Assembly (NCBI GenBank): GCA_964016885.1 | Contig: OZ024754.1 | Location: 41,292,001-41,356,000, forward strand | Source of the DNA: Eledone cirrhosa | Taxonomy: Eukaryota | Reading direction: 5' to 3' | DNA length: 64,000 bases | In this document: piece by piece, positions 41,141-54,692 of the stretch | Position numbering within the stretch: the stretch's first letter is position 1 | Layout of the letters: the number at the start of each line of letters is the position of its first letter | Made by a program: the position numbers and the translations under genes | Notes under the pieces: generated by a model | The model's database searches: none | Told to the model about the DNA's origin: nothing | The model's input: only the letters and a program-made list of their open reading frames with translations

Positions 41141-41423
41141 CTGCTAATCATAAATGACTTTAAGCATTAATACAGTCTCACAATGTTACAGAAGACATTA
41201 AGTTGTTACGGTCGTTGATAATAAAGGAATTATTGTCACTGTGCAACATTAGGTGGACTTGTGAAGTATGTGTAAATAGGGTAGTGGGAGGGGGTGTCAC
41301 AGTGGAGCTAGTGAGTGTGGGGGTGAGAGATGGGGTGAAAGAGAAAGGGGGAGGTTGGAGAGACTGAGGTTGAAAGAGGGGGTGGGTGGAAGATAGATAG
41401 GGAGAGGGAGAGAGTGAAAGATC

Positions 41424-41684
<261 letters not shown>

Positions 41685-42079
41685 TGAAATGAAATGAGCA
41701 TAATCCGATGGATGTGCAACATTGCATGAAAGACAGAAGACAAAAGTAAGATGAGAAAATAATGAGACATTAGGTTATGTCTGCTTGAGAGTCCGCTGAG
41801 ATGTAAATTGGACAATACCTGCCAGGTGAAACACTGCTGTGTAGTGACGACAGTGAAGGCCCCTGACAGTAAAGAAAAAGACTAAACACTGCTATAAAGA
41901 GGTGGAGTTCTGACCCTAGGCCATTGGACTTTACACAATGTCAACATAAATAACAACATGGCACAGTGGAGACCAAGTCAGCTTGGGCCATTAGAGAGAC
42001 CCCCCCCCCCAACTGGCAGCAAATGATGTTGTTACTGTTCATGATGATGATGACAATGTCAAGTCTTTTGGAATATAAT

Positions 42080-43125
42080 AATAATGAAAATTATTGTGTA
42101 CAGTGCTCAGGTGCACTACCACTCACCAAAGGTGCATGTATAGTACATAGAATAATTGTTTCTACTTTTGGCACAAGGCCAGCAATTATCACAGTGTATT
42201 ACTGGTACTTTATTCTATTGATCCCGTAAGGATGAAAGGTAAAGTTAACCTCAGTGGAATTTGAGCTCAGATCATAAAGGGCCGTAACTCTATGCTACAA
42301 AGCATGGCGTCTGACCCTCTACTGATACTGCCAATCTACCGCCCTTGTATAGTACATAGAATAATGTACAAATGTCAGAAAGGTGAACAGTGTATGATAT
42401 ACACACAGAGACACACACATATTTGTGCGTGTGTATGGAGGGGGGATATCAGGTGTAGTGTTGGCAAATTTCGGGAAGCATGGAGGTTTTAAAGGATGCA
42501 GTGTCTCGACAGCTAACAACTGATGCAGGTAGTTTGTTCCATGGAGATTTTAGAGGATGTAGTGTCTCGACAGCTAACAACTGATGCAGGTAGTTTTGTT
42601 CCATGGAGATTTTAGAGGATGCAGTGTCTCGACAGCTAACAACTGATGCAGGTAGTTTGTTCCATGGAGGTTTTAAAGGATGCAGTGTCTCAACAGCTAA
42701 CAACTGATGCAGGTAGTTTGTTCCATGGAGGTTTTAAAGGATGCAGTGTCTCGGCAGCTAACAACTGATGCAGGTAGTTTGTTCCATGGAGGTTTTAAAG
42801 GATGCAGTGTCTCGGCAGCTAACAACTGATGCAGGTAGTTTGTTCCATGGAGGTTTTAAAGGATGCAGTGTCTCGACAGCTAACAACTGATGCAGGTAGT
42901 TTGTTCCATGGAGGTTTTAAAGGATGCTGTGTCTCAACAGCTAACAACTGATGCAGGTAGTTTGTTCAATGGAGGTTTTAAAGGATGCAGTGTCTCGGCA
43001 ATTAACAAGTGATGCAGGTAATTTGTTCCATGCTTCAGCAACTCTGAGCACGAAAAAAGATGTTGCCGAAAGTCATGGGAGCTGTGCTGTTTTCTGATTT
43101 TGTAAGCATGTCCATCGGTTTTAGA
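42080..43125 (-). mobile_element. CR1-type LINE 3' end with a 61-bp unit amplified about 9 times and a nested SINE A
   Basis: GHAYKIRKQHSSHDFRQH..LRVAEAWNKLPASVVSCRDTASFKTSMLPEICQHYT*; units span 42475-43032. Confidence 0.9.
42157..42345 (-). mobile_element. SINE A copy
   Basis: 20-bp TSD TGTATAGTACATAGAATAAT at 42137 and 42346. Confidence 0.93.
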
Positions 43126-43240
43126 ATAAAAGAAACCACCATATTTCCCATCATCAAAGACGCTACTTTTTTCCTAAAATAAGTTTTAAAAATCTACCAT
43201 CCGTCCTGGAGGCCGAAGGTTGTTTATTATTTATTTTTTT

Positions 43241-43310
43241 AGTCGATAAAATAAAGTACCAGTAATGCACTGGGTAATTGCTGGCCTTGTGCCTAAAGTA
43301 GAAACAATTA
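43241..43310 (+). mobile_element. 5'-truncated SINE A
   Basis: 3' body; ATTATTTATTTTTT on both sides. Confidence 0.85.
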
Positions 43311-43584
43311 TTTATTTTTTTATTTTTGGTTGTCAAAATTAGGGTGTGTCCTTGAGGACAAAGCGTCTTCGGCGCTGGGAAATATGGTATATATGTAAGT
43401 ATGTGTGTTGAGATGAAATATATGTAAAAGAAGTGGGAGGGGGGGGGGGGGCTGAAAAAGGTGGGAGGGGGAGCTGAAAAAGGTGGGAGGGGAAGCTGAA
43501 AAAGATGGGAGGGGGGAGGAGCTAAAAGAGGTGGGAGGGGGGAGGAACTAAAAGAGGTGGGTGTGGGGAGAGCTAAAAGAGAAT

Positions 43585-43792
43585 GTAATGCGCATGGAGG
43601 ATGACCGCTGCGTGAAGAAGTGCCAGGAAATGCCAGTTGAAGACCACGATAAACATGGGCGGAGGTGGTGAGAGCAGACATTAGATTGCTGAAGTTCACG
43701 GAGGAGATGACGAAGGACCGTGACAAGTGGAGAGATGCTTGCAAGCAGGGAAAAGCGGACGTAAAATGATGATGATGATGATGATGATGATG
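43585..43792 (+). mobile_element. RTE 3' end with small deletions
   Basis: Matches 23125-23380; (GAT)n tail. Confidence 0.85.
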
Positions 43793-44497
43793 TATATATA
43801 TGTACACAGCAAATATAAAGTTAAGATTTTCTTAAAGAGCATAGCAGTACATGTTAATTTAGTGGAGACTTCAACAATGTTTCCTGATTAAATGCTGACC
43901 TGACCACTAAAGGAATAATCGGCTGCAAAATAAATGTCGTACTTAATATCTACATCTGCTCTAGTAGCAAGATGAAGTAGATCAATAGATAAATAGAAAA
44001 TCTATTAGGTGGTAATAACAAGATCTGAATGAATACTTGATATATACTTGCTAGTTTTGTTCCTGTCAAATGAATATAGAAGATTGCTTCTCATTAGTGG
44101 TGGTGGTGGTAGTAGTGGTGGTGGCGGTGGTGGTGATGGTAGTAGTAGTAGTGGTGGTGGTGGTGGTAGTAGTGCTAGTGGTGGTGATGGTGGTGGTGGT
44201 AGTTGTAGTAGTGGCGGTGGTAGTAGTGGTGGTGGTGGTGGTAGTTGTAGTAGTAGTAGTGGTGGTGGTAGATGACGAAGGTGATGAATGAAGATCATAT
44301 TTATATCATCATGTACTATCACCACCACTACTACCACTACCACTACTACCACTACCACCACTACCACTACCACTACCACCACTACCACTACTACCACCAC
44401 CACCACCACCATTACTACCACTACTAATGAGAAACACTCTTCTATATCTATTCGTCATCATCATCATTACAACATTTATCATGATGATATTCTGGCT

Positions 44498-45236
44498 TGA
44501 TTTCTACAGCTGGATGCCCTCCCTAGCACCAACCTCATTTACAGTGTGGGCTGGGGTGCTTCTTTGCCGTGGCACCTCCACGACCACTTTACAGTGTGGG
44601 CTGGGGTGCTTCTTTGCTGTGGCACCTCTACGACCACTTTACAGTATGGGCTGGGGTGCTTCTTTGCCGTGGCACCTCCACGACCATTTTACAGTGTGGG
44701 CTGGGGTGCTTCTTTGCCGTGGCACCTCCACGACCATTTTACAGTGTGGGCTGGGGTGCTTCTTTGCCGTGGCATCTCCACGACCATTTTACAGTGTGGG
44801 CTGGGGTGCTTCTTTGCCGTGGCATCTCCACGACCATTTTACAGTGTGGGCTGGGGTGCTTCTTTGCCGTGGCACCTCCACGACCATTTTACAGTGTGGG
44901 CTGGGGTGCTTCTTTGCCGTGGCATCTCCACGACCACTTTACAGTGTGGGCTGGGGTGCTTCTTTGCCGTGGCACCTCCACGACCATTTTACAGTGTGGG
45001 CTGGGGTGCTTCTTTGCCGTGGCATCTCCACGACCACTTTACAGTGTGGGCTGGGGTGCTTTTTTACCGTGGCATCTCCACGACCACTTTGTTGTGGGAG
45101 GGGCTGTGGGCGTATTGTCTATATGCTTCAGCTTCGGCTTGTACCCGTTGAAAGTCGGGTCTTCTGTATTACTGCGTGACGCCAGAGGTGCAATTGGGTA
45201 AGGTCGGCTTTTATCACCTCATCCCAGGTCTTAGGA
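44498..45236 (-). mobile_element. RTE 3' end whose 3' UTR holds about 11 copies of a 50-bp unit
   Basis: PKTWDEVIKADLTQLHLWRHAVIQKTRLSTGTSRS*, then the array (44540-45090), then GGAGGGCATCCAGCTGTAGAAATC. Confidence 0.88.
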
Positions 45237-45528
45237 CTTCTGCATCAATTGGTGAACATATGACGAAACTGTTTCAGAAAGGAAGGATAAACATGCTAAT
45301 CTATGTTTAGAATCCCGAGCAATGCCGGGCCATTCTGCTAGTATATATATATATATATATATGGGTATGTTTTGCTCAGTGGCATGTATATATATATATA
45401 TGTATGTAAGTATGTAAGTATGTATGTATGTATGTATGTATGTATGTATGCATGTATGTATGTATGTAAGTATGTATGTAAGTAAGTATGTATGTATGTA
45501 AGTATGTATGTAAGTATGTATGTAAGTT

Positions 45529-46152
45529 TGTCAGGTCACCAGTTGGTGCTACTGGTAACATATATCCCAGTGCAACCTGTCTCATTGTCGGGTTGTTGGC
45601 GACTAAACTGGCAACCCCACCAAGGTTTCTTGGTGAGGAGGGTGACCTTGGACATCCTGCCGGACTAAAAACAAAACCTGTCAAAGGGCAAAGGAGCTCT
45701 TAAGAGTCAATGGCCATCCAAATCACCGGGAGAGATGACCCCTTAGCCTTTGTCAAGGCAGAATTCTAGGAGAAGAAAAACTCTGATATAACACCTGAAA
45801 CCCTGATGGTATCCAATGATGTTGACTGTTCTTCTTTTTGGTAAATATCATCTTGGTTAAGAGAATGGGACTGGCTTTGTGCAGTGCCTTTGCTCACTAT
45901 AAAAGCTTCACGGCACAGGCATTGCTTTATATCTGGAGATCTCTCTGCACTTGTCGTCACATGGTACCATGGGCCCAGCACTATGCGTCAGTAATTGTCA
46001 CAAGTGTAGTGTTTGTACCAGAGTTTTCAAGTCGCTGGCTGGACTAAAAAGTCACACTCGTTCAGCGCATCTGTAGGAGTTCTACTACATGGATATAAAG
46101 TAGTGGCCGTACTCGAAAACGAGTTGGCAGCCACCATGTAAGTATGTATGTA
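45529..46152 (+). mobile_element. Internally deleted RTE-type element: 5' UTR joined to a 3' end with a C2H2 finger
   Basis: CSVCTRVFKSLAGLKSHTRSAHL* (46005-46076), short 3' UTR and (ATGT)n tail; the 5' part has CTAGGAGAAGAAAAACTCTGA, also seen reversed near 61590-61612. Confidence 0.7.
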
Positions 46153-46448
46153 TATAAAGCACTTAGAGACCCCACACTTTCATGTAGCAGCCTTTCTATG
46201 TGAGCCACCACCAACTCCCTTGAGGAGTCTAAAGAAAATGAGGTGACAGTTGGATAAGATTTCATTTTCAAGTCAACATTGTCTCCAGATTAACAGTTTT
46301 TTCTCTAACATAAAAAATACAGTAGAAATACACACACATGTCCATACACACATTTATATATATATATATATATATATGTACATACATATATATATATATG
46401 TACATACATATCATCATCATCTTCATTTAACATCTATCTTCCACGCTA

Positions 46449-46449
<1 letters not shown>

Positions 46450-46501
<52 letters not shown>

Positions 46502-46787
46502 CATACATACATATATAAATATATGTACATACATATATATACACATACATATATATATACACACACACATATATATACATATACATAACATATATATACA
46601 TACATATACATACACATACATATATATATATATACACACACATATATATACATACACACATATATACATACATATACATACATATATATATACACACACA
46701 CATATATATATACATACACATATATACATACATATACATACACATACATATATATATACACACATATATATACATACACATATATAC

Positions 46788-46818
<31 letters not shown>

Positions 46819-47025
46819 TATATATATATACACACATATATATATATATACACACACACACCTATATATATATATATACACACACACACATATATATATA
46901 TATACACACACACATATATATATACACACACACATATATATATATATATACACACACATGCACATATCATCATCATCATCATTTTACGCACATATATATA
47001 TATATATATGCACATGTATATATAG
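46450..47025. repeat. (TA)n/(CA)n compound microsatellite
   Basis: Seen directly. Confidence 0.93.
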
Positions 47026-47286
47026 TTAAAACCACATCCATTAGGTATTAGAATATCATTTGCCCCCCCCCCCCCCCCCCCATATATATATATATATATA
47101 TGTGTGCGTATGTAAAAGATACTAATTTCTTTCTAAATTGATATATCATTATATATCGTTTACAAATATATTATAGTATTGATGTTCTGAACAGATGTTT
47201 GGCAATTTTACTGACAAACATTATTGCTATATCTTTTATATGTATTGATTAAACCAAAAATTAACTATTTATATGTATGTAAATGG

Positions 47287-47520
47287 TAATCAGAAATAGC
47301 AAAAATAACAAAACAAACAGCACAGTACATGGAAGAAATATATTAGTTTAACGCTTGAAATAGTAGGAAGAGAGTCTTAATGTTTCAGACGCTAGTCCTT
47401 CATTAGAAGACAAAGTGTCTGAAACATTAAGACTCTCATCCTACTATTTCAAGCGTTAAACTAATATATTTCTTCCATGTACTGTGCTGTTTGTTTTTTT
47501 ATTTTTGCTATTTCTGATTA
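47287..47520. mobile_element. 104-bp-arm inverted repeat, probably a Penelope-like terminal inversion with a hammerhead remnant
   Basis: Arms 47287-47390 and 47417-47520 are nearly perfect; minus strand reads CTAATGA-AGGAC-TAGC-GTCT-GAAAC. Confidence 0.75.
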
Positions 47521-47627
47521 GCCTTTAGAAATAGAAGATAAATAGAAAGTAAAGAATGATGAGAGGAAAGAACGGGGGAAAGGAGAAAAAAATTTGGGGA
47601 GAAAAAAGTGTGCATATTTAGTTGGCC

Positions 47628-47659
<32 letters not shown>

Positions 47660-47929
47660 GAACATATTGTAATGAGTTATAGCTCGATGGCTGAGCTCTT
47701 ACCATAACTCACAATCTCTTTTTATATATACATATACACATTTATACATACATGTCTGTATGTGTGTATGAAAAATACAAGCAAAATAAATAAAAATAAG
47801 AAAATAGTTAAGAAAACAAGAGATCATAATTCTTACCAAATCTATTGTTAACCAAATATTTTTAACCTTGACCGAGATTCTGAATATTACTGAAGTGATA
47901 ATGTTTTATATCATCATAGCCCCAACAAC

Positions 47930-48488
47930 CTACATGTGGCAGGAGCAGTAAACATATCCCACATGTGGCAGGAGCACTAAACATATCCCACATGTGGCAG
48001 GAGCACTAAACATATCCCACATGTGGCAGGAGCAGTAAACATATCCCACATGTGGCAGGAGCACTAAACATATCCTACATGTGGTAGGAACACTAAACAC
48101 ACCCCTCATGTGGCAGGAGCACTAAACATATCCCACATGTGACAGGATCACTAAACACATCCCACATGTGGCAGGAACACTAAACATGCCCCACATGTAG
48201 TAGGAACACTACACATATCCCACATGTGACAGGATCACTAAACACATCCCACATGTGGCAGGAACACTAAACATGCCCCACATGTAGTAGGAACACTACA
48301 TATATCCCACATGTGACAGGATCACTAAACATATCCCACATGTGGTAGGAACACTAAATATGCCCCACATGTAGTAGGAACACTACATATATCCCACATG
48401 TGACAGGATCACTAAACATATCCCACATGTGGTAGGAACACTAAATATGCCCCACATGTAGTAGGAACACTACATATATCCCACATGT
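47930..48488. repeat. 29-bp minisatellite, about 19 copies, with an 87-bp trimeric higher-order repeat
   Basis: Unit CCCACATGTGGCAGGAGCACTAAACATAT. Confidence 0.93.
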
Positions 48489-48828
48489 ATTGAAACTTCA
48501 ACTGATCTTTACCATTGAACAGAATTATCTCCATCACCAGAGCCTGTGCATGTGTATGTGTGGGTGTGTGTGTGTGTGTATGTGTGTCAGAGTCTGTGTG
48601 TGTGTGTTTGTGTGTTTGTGTATGTGTGTGTGTGTGTTTGTGTGTGTGTATGTGTGTGTGTGTGTGTCAGAGTGTGTGCGGGTGGGGTGAGGCTGGGGTG
48701 CTGGCTACAGACCAGAACTTAAAGCTGAGTAATGATAAATAAAATAGTAGCAGAACACATATCTACGTGTGTGTGTGTGTGTGTGTGTGTTCATGTGTGT
48801 GTGAGTGTCTGTGTGTGTTCCTGTGTGG

Positions 48829-48895
<67 letters not shown>

Positions 48896-48976
48896 TGTGT
48901 GTGTGTCTGTGTGTGTCTGTGTCTGTATCAAAGGACAGAGTTGATGATCAAACAAATCAAGTGAAAAATCTCCTAC

Positions 48977-50104
48977 ATCAGTTTCTATGGTAACAACAAT
49001 GTCACCCAGTAACTTACATTAACACCAGTTTCTATGGTAACAACAATGTCACCCAGTAATTTACATTAACACCAGTTTCTATGGTAAGAACAATGTCACC
49101 CAGTAATTTACATTAACACCAGTTTCTATGGTAACAACAATGTCACCCAGTAATTTACATTAACACCAGTTTCTATGGTAACAACAATGTCACCCAGTAA
49201 TTTACATTAACACCAGTTTCTATGGTAACAACAATGTCACCCAGTAATTTACATTAACACCAGTTTCTATGGTAACAACAATGTCACCCAGTAATTTACA
49301 TTAACACCAGTTTCTATGGTAACAACAATGTCACCCAGTAATTTACATTAACACCAGTTTCTATGGTACGAACAATGTCACCCAGTAATTTACATTAACA
49401 CCAGTTTCTATGGTAACAACAATGTCACCCAGTAATTTACATTAACACCAGTTTCTATGGTAACAACAATGTCACCCAGTAATTTACATTAACACCAGTT
49501 TCTATGGTAACAACAATGTCACCCAGTAATTTACATTAATACCAGTTTCTATGGTAACAACAATGTCACCCAGTAATTTTCATTAACACCAGTTTCTATG
49601 GTAACAACAATGTCACCCAGTAATTTACATTAACACCAGTTTCTATGGTAACAACAATGTCACCCAGTAATTTTCATTAACACCAGTTTCTATGGTAACA
49701 ACAATGTCACCCAGTAATTTACATTAACACCAGTTTCTATGGTAACAACAATGTCACCCAGTAATTTACATTAACACCAGTTTCTATGGTAACAACAATG
49801 TCACCCAGTAATTTACATTAACACCAGTTTCTATGGTAACAACAATGTCACCCAGTAATTTACATTAACACCAGTTTCTATGGTAACAACAATGTCACCC
49901 AGTAACTTACATTAATACCAGTTTCTATGGTAACAACAATGTCACCCAGTAATTTACATTAACACCAGTTTCTATGGTAACAACAATGTCACCCAGTAAT
50001 TTACATTAATACCAGTTTCTATGGTAACAACAATGTCACCCAGTAATTTTCATTAACACCAGTTTCTATGGTAACAACAATGTCACCCAGTAACTTACAT
50101 TAAC
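48977..50104. repeat. 47-bp minisatellite, 24 copies, each with an X-box-like motif
   Basis: Unit ACCAGTTTCTATGGTAACAACAATGTCACCCAGTAATTTACATTAAC. Confidence 0.97.
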
Positions 50105-50170
50105 TTCACTTAGAGAGAAAATATAAAAATAATATTTAAAAGAATAAAATTAAAAAATCAAATAATAAAA

Positions 50171-51459
50171 GTTATATAGCCATGACACTACAAACTGTTA
50201 TATAGCCATGACACTACAAACTGTTATATAGCCATGACACTACAAACTGTTATATAGCCATGACACTACAAACTGTTATATAGCCATGACACTACAAACT
50301 GTTATATAGCCATGACACTATAAACTGTTATATAGCCATGACACTATAAACTGTTATATAGCCATGACACTACAAACTGTTATATAGCCATGACACTACA
50401 AACTGTTATATAGCCATGACACTATAAACTGTTATATAGCCATGACACTATAAACTGTTATATAGCCATGACACTATAAACTGTTATATAGCCATGACAC
50501 TACAAACTGTTATATAGCCATGACACTACAAACTGTTATATAGCCATGACACTACAAACTGTTATATAGCCATGACACTATAAACTGTTATATAGCCATG
50601 ACACTATAAACTGTTATATAGCCATGACACTACAAACTGTTATATAGCCATGACACTACAAACTGTTATATAGCCATGACACTATAAACTGTTATATAGC
50701 CATGACACTATAAACTGTTATATAGCCATGTCACTCTAAACTATTATATAGCCATGACACTATAAACTGTTATATAGCCATGTCACTATAAACTGTTATA
50801 TAGCCATGTCACTATAAACTGTTATATAGCCATGGCACTATAAACTGTTATATTGCCATTACTGTTATATAGCCATGACACTATAAACTGTTATATTGCC
50901 ATTACTGTTATATAGCCATGACACTATAAACTGTTATATTGCCATTACTGTTATATAGCCATGACACTATAAACTGTTATATAGCCATGACACTATAAAC
51001 TGTTATATTGCCATTACTGTTATATAGCCATGACACTATAAACTGTTATATAGCCATGACACTATAAACTGTTATATAGCCATGTCACTATAAACTGTTA
51101 TATTGCCATTACTGTTATATAGCCATGTCACTATAAACTGTTATATTGCCATTACTGTTATATAGCCATGTCACTCTAAACTGTTATATAGCCATGACAC
51201 TATAAACTGTTATATAGCCATGACACTATAAACTGTTATATTGCCATGACACTATAAACTGTTATATAGCCATGACACTATAAACTGTTATATTGCCATT
51301 ACTGTTATATAGCCATGTCACTATAAACTGTTATATTGCCATTACTGTTATATAGCCATGTCACTATAAACTGTTATATAGCCATTACTGTTATATAGTC
51401 ATGTCACTATAAACTGTTATATAGCCATTACTGTTATATAGTCATGTCACTATAAACTG
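50171..51459. repeat. 26-bp minisatellite, about 50 units, with 17-bp variant units on the right
   Basis: Unit GTTATATAGCCATGACACTAYAAACT. Confidence 0.96.
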
Positions 51460-52033
51460 GTAGGAAGACTATCGACAACACAAAATCCTTTCTCCTTCTC
51501 TAGAGATCTGAAGTTGTTCTGTCTTTTATAAGATATCTGTCAAAATGTTAAACTAAATACTTCAGCAATGTTATTATTGTTCAATATTATCACAACAACA
51601 CTGTAACTAAGAGAATTAAATATTTCTACTTTGTAGAAAAGTTATAAAACTTAGTAAAAACTTAAATCATAGATAAAATTAAACTACCTAAATACGAGAG
51701 ACAGAGATTAAAGTGATCAAAAGCTAATACAAACATAGAAATGCTAGAAGTGTAAAATATTTATAACAGGATCTGTCTACAGTTTATTGTTGAAATGTAA
51801 TAACTACAAGTTTACATCATTCTTTGTTCTTCAAATGTTAATAAAAGTATTAACATACAAGCAATAATTCAGTCGAAGTTGATAAGAATCAAAGTTTTTA
51901 GATTCTTGGTTGTAATTCTAATAAACTATGGCGCAGAGGGGAGGAGACATTTGTACTTGTAAGCAGAGGTGAAATTAAGGTATGGCCAGCATGGCATGTA
52001 CTATGAGTGCCACTTGATGAGAAGCACTTTCTC

Positions 52034-52153
52034 TTAAACCTTTAACATTTACATTAGGAAGGGCATCCAGCAGTAGAAATCATGCCAGAATCAGTTCCCG
52101 TCCCACCCTTGCAAGCAGGGAAAAGTGGACGTAAAATGAAATGATGAAATGAT

Positions 52154-52199
<46 letters not shown>

Positions 52200-53740
52200 A
52201 TATAACATTTATTTAATTTTTGTTTCATCATTCATTATACATTAATATAAAATAAATAAAAAATTACTGTATATATACTATTGTATTTTCACAGTAAAGG
52301 CTTTATCTCACATAACAACTACATTACTGTATATATACTATTGTATTTTCACAGTAAATACTTTACCTCACATAATATTCACATTACTCTATATATACTA
52401 TTGTATTTTCACAGTAAAGGCTTTATCTCACATATCTCACATAACAACTACATTACTCTATATATACTATTGTATTTTCACAGTAAAGGCTTTATCTCAC
52501 ATAATATTCACATTACTCTATATATACTATTGTATTTTCACAGTAAAGGTTTTACCTCACATAATATCTCACATAACATTTACATTACTCTATATATACT
52601 ATTGTATTTTCACAGTAAAGGCTTTACCTCACATAATATCTCACATAACAACTACATTACTCTATATATACTATTGTATTTTCACAGTAAAGGCTTTACC
52701 TCACATAATATTCACATTACTCTATATATACTATTGTATTTTCACAGTAAAGGTTTTACCTCACATAATATCTCACATAACATTGACATTACTCTAGATT
52801 TACTATTGTATTTTCACAGTAAAGGCTTTACCTCACATAATATCTCACATAACATTTACATTACTCTATATATACTATTGTATTTTCACAGTAAAGGCTT
52901 TACCTCACATAATATCTCACATAACTACATTACTCTATATATACTATTGTATTTTCACAGTAAAGGCTTTACCTCACATAATATCTCACATAACATTTAC
53001 ATTACTCTATATATACTATTGTATTTTCACAGTAAAGGCTTTACCTCACATAATATCTCACATAACATTTACATTACTCTATATATACTATTGTATTTTC
53101 ACAGTAAAGGCTTTACCTCACATAATATCTCACATAACATTTACATTACTCTATATATACTATTGTATTTTCACAGTAAAGGCTTTATCTCACATATCTC
53201 ACATAACTACATTACTCTATATATACTATTGTATTTTCACAGTAAAGGCTTTACCTCACATAATATCTCACATAACATTTACATTACTCTATATATACTA
53301 TTGTATTTTCACAGTAAAGGCTTTACCTCACATAATATCTCACATAACAACTACATTACTCTATATATACTATTGTATTTTCACAGTAAAGGCTTTACCT
53401 CACATAATATCTCACATAACATTTACATTACTCTATATATACTATTGTATTTTCACAGTAAAGGCTTTACCTCACATATCTCACATAACAACTACATTAC
53501 TCTATATATACTATTGTATTTTCACAGTAAAGGCTTTACCTCACATAACATTTACATTACTCTATATATACTATTGTATTTTCACAGTAAAGGCTTTATC
53601 TCACATAAAAACGAATCTATGAGATTTTGATATTATTTATTTTGAGAACAATACCTTAACATCAGTATGAGTAGCCCATTAAGGCTGGTTTGAACAGAAA
53701 GAGGTGAGAGAATTCTGGCCCAATATGGGCGGTTTAAATT
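52034..53740. mobile_element. piggyBac-type MITE with about 19 internal 60-73 bp units and an RTE-tail insertion near its left end
   Basis: TTAAACCTTTAACATTTACATT at 52034; RTE tail 52054-52154; array 52263-53607; right part matches 7000-7115. Confidence 0.8.
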
Positions 53741-54170
53741 AGTTGTAATGTGCGCTATTAGTTGTGGTGTGTGGCCCTCAGACAACAACATGTGACCCAT
53801 GGGGCCCTGGGGGGGGGGACCCTAAGTTTGACATGTCTCATCTAAACCATCACAAACCACTGACAGCTGACAGGTGACAAGACAGTGCTCAAGAGCCTGG
53901 TTTGTGTTACAACATTCTCAAAAATTATTTGACCCCCCCCCCCCCCCCCCCCCCCCCATCAAATCTTGATCATTTAAAAAATCAATCAATTATAACACTT
54001 GGTCTATATATTCCATTAGTAATGTACTAATGAAAGGATTAAGCAGCTAACTCGTTATATTTAAATATTTATGGGTAATTAACTAATGACTTACCATTGT
54101 ACTTCATTATATAACAAATCCTCGTTTAGAATCATTCTCTTTAATTTTATCATGAACCTCTGAAGATTAA

Positions 54171-54387
54171 TTAACCCTTTACCATTTACATACTATTATA
54201 TTTTCATGGTAAAGGCTTTATCTTACATAATTATCTCACATGATATCGAATCTATGAGATTTTGATATTATTTATTTTGAGAACAATACCTTAACATTAG
54301 TACGAGCATCCAGTTACTGTCGTTTTAAACAGAAAGAGGTGAAAGAATTCTGGCCGGATATGGCTGGTTTGAATGCTAAAGGGTTAA
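54171..54387. mobile_element. Unexpanded piggyBac-type MITE (about 215 bp)
   Basis: TTAA|CCCTTTACCATTTACA ... TGAATGCTAAAGGG|TTAA. Confidence 0.85.
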
Positions 54388-54692
54388 AGTATTGTAATGA
54401 CCAATGCCATAACAACTACAACAGGCACAACAGTGGTAAAGCAGAGAAAACAAGTGTCCTTAATGTGCAGGAGGCTAAGAGAAATACCAATGTTAACCCT
54501 TTTGATATCAAAATGCCTGGAAAAGGCCCTGATTCAACAACACAAAACTGTTTGTTTTAATGTATATCATCATCATCTTCATTATCATCCTAATTTTCAT
54601 CAGTAAAGACACAAACAAGCATATAGAATGTTTATTTGTTTGTGTTTTTGCTGGTTCGTCCATAGATTTGATATGAATTTTGGTGTGTTAAC

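Noticed and set aside
43351-43395. Hammerhead-like TTGAGGA...GAAATATGGTATA
   Set aside because: Core C is missing and stem I is absent
46005-46076. C2H2 zinc-finger host gene exon
   Set aside because: A single finger followed by a LINE-type short UTR and simple-repeat tail, consistent with an RTE ORF terminus
48977-51459. CRISPR-like regular repeats here and at 7234, 32712, 44540 and 59220
   Set aside because: No unique spacers, no cas genes, eukaryotic context
52281-53630. 449-aa ORF
   Set aside because: Stop-free frame through the amplified MITE unit; the same unit has frame-breaking lengths in other copies
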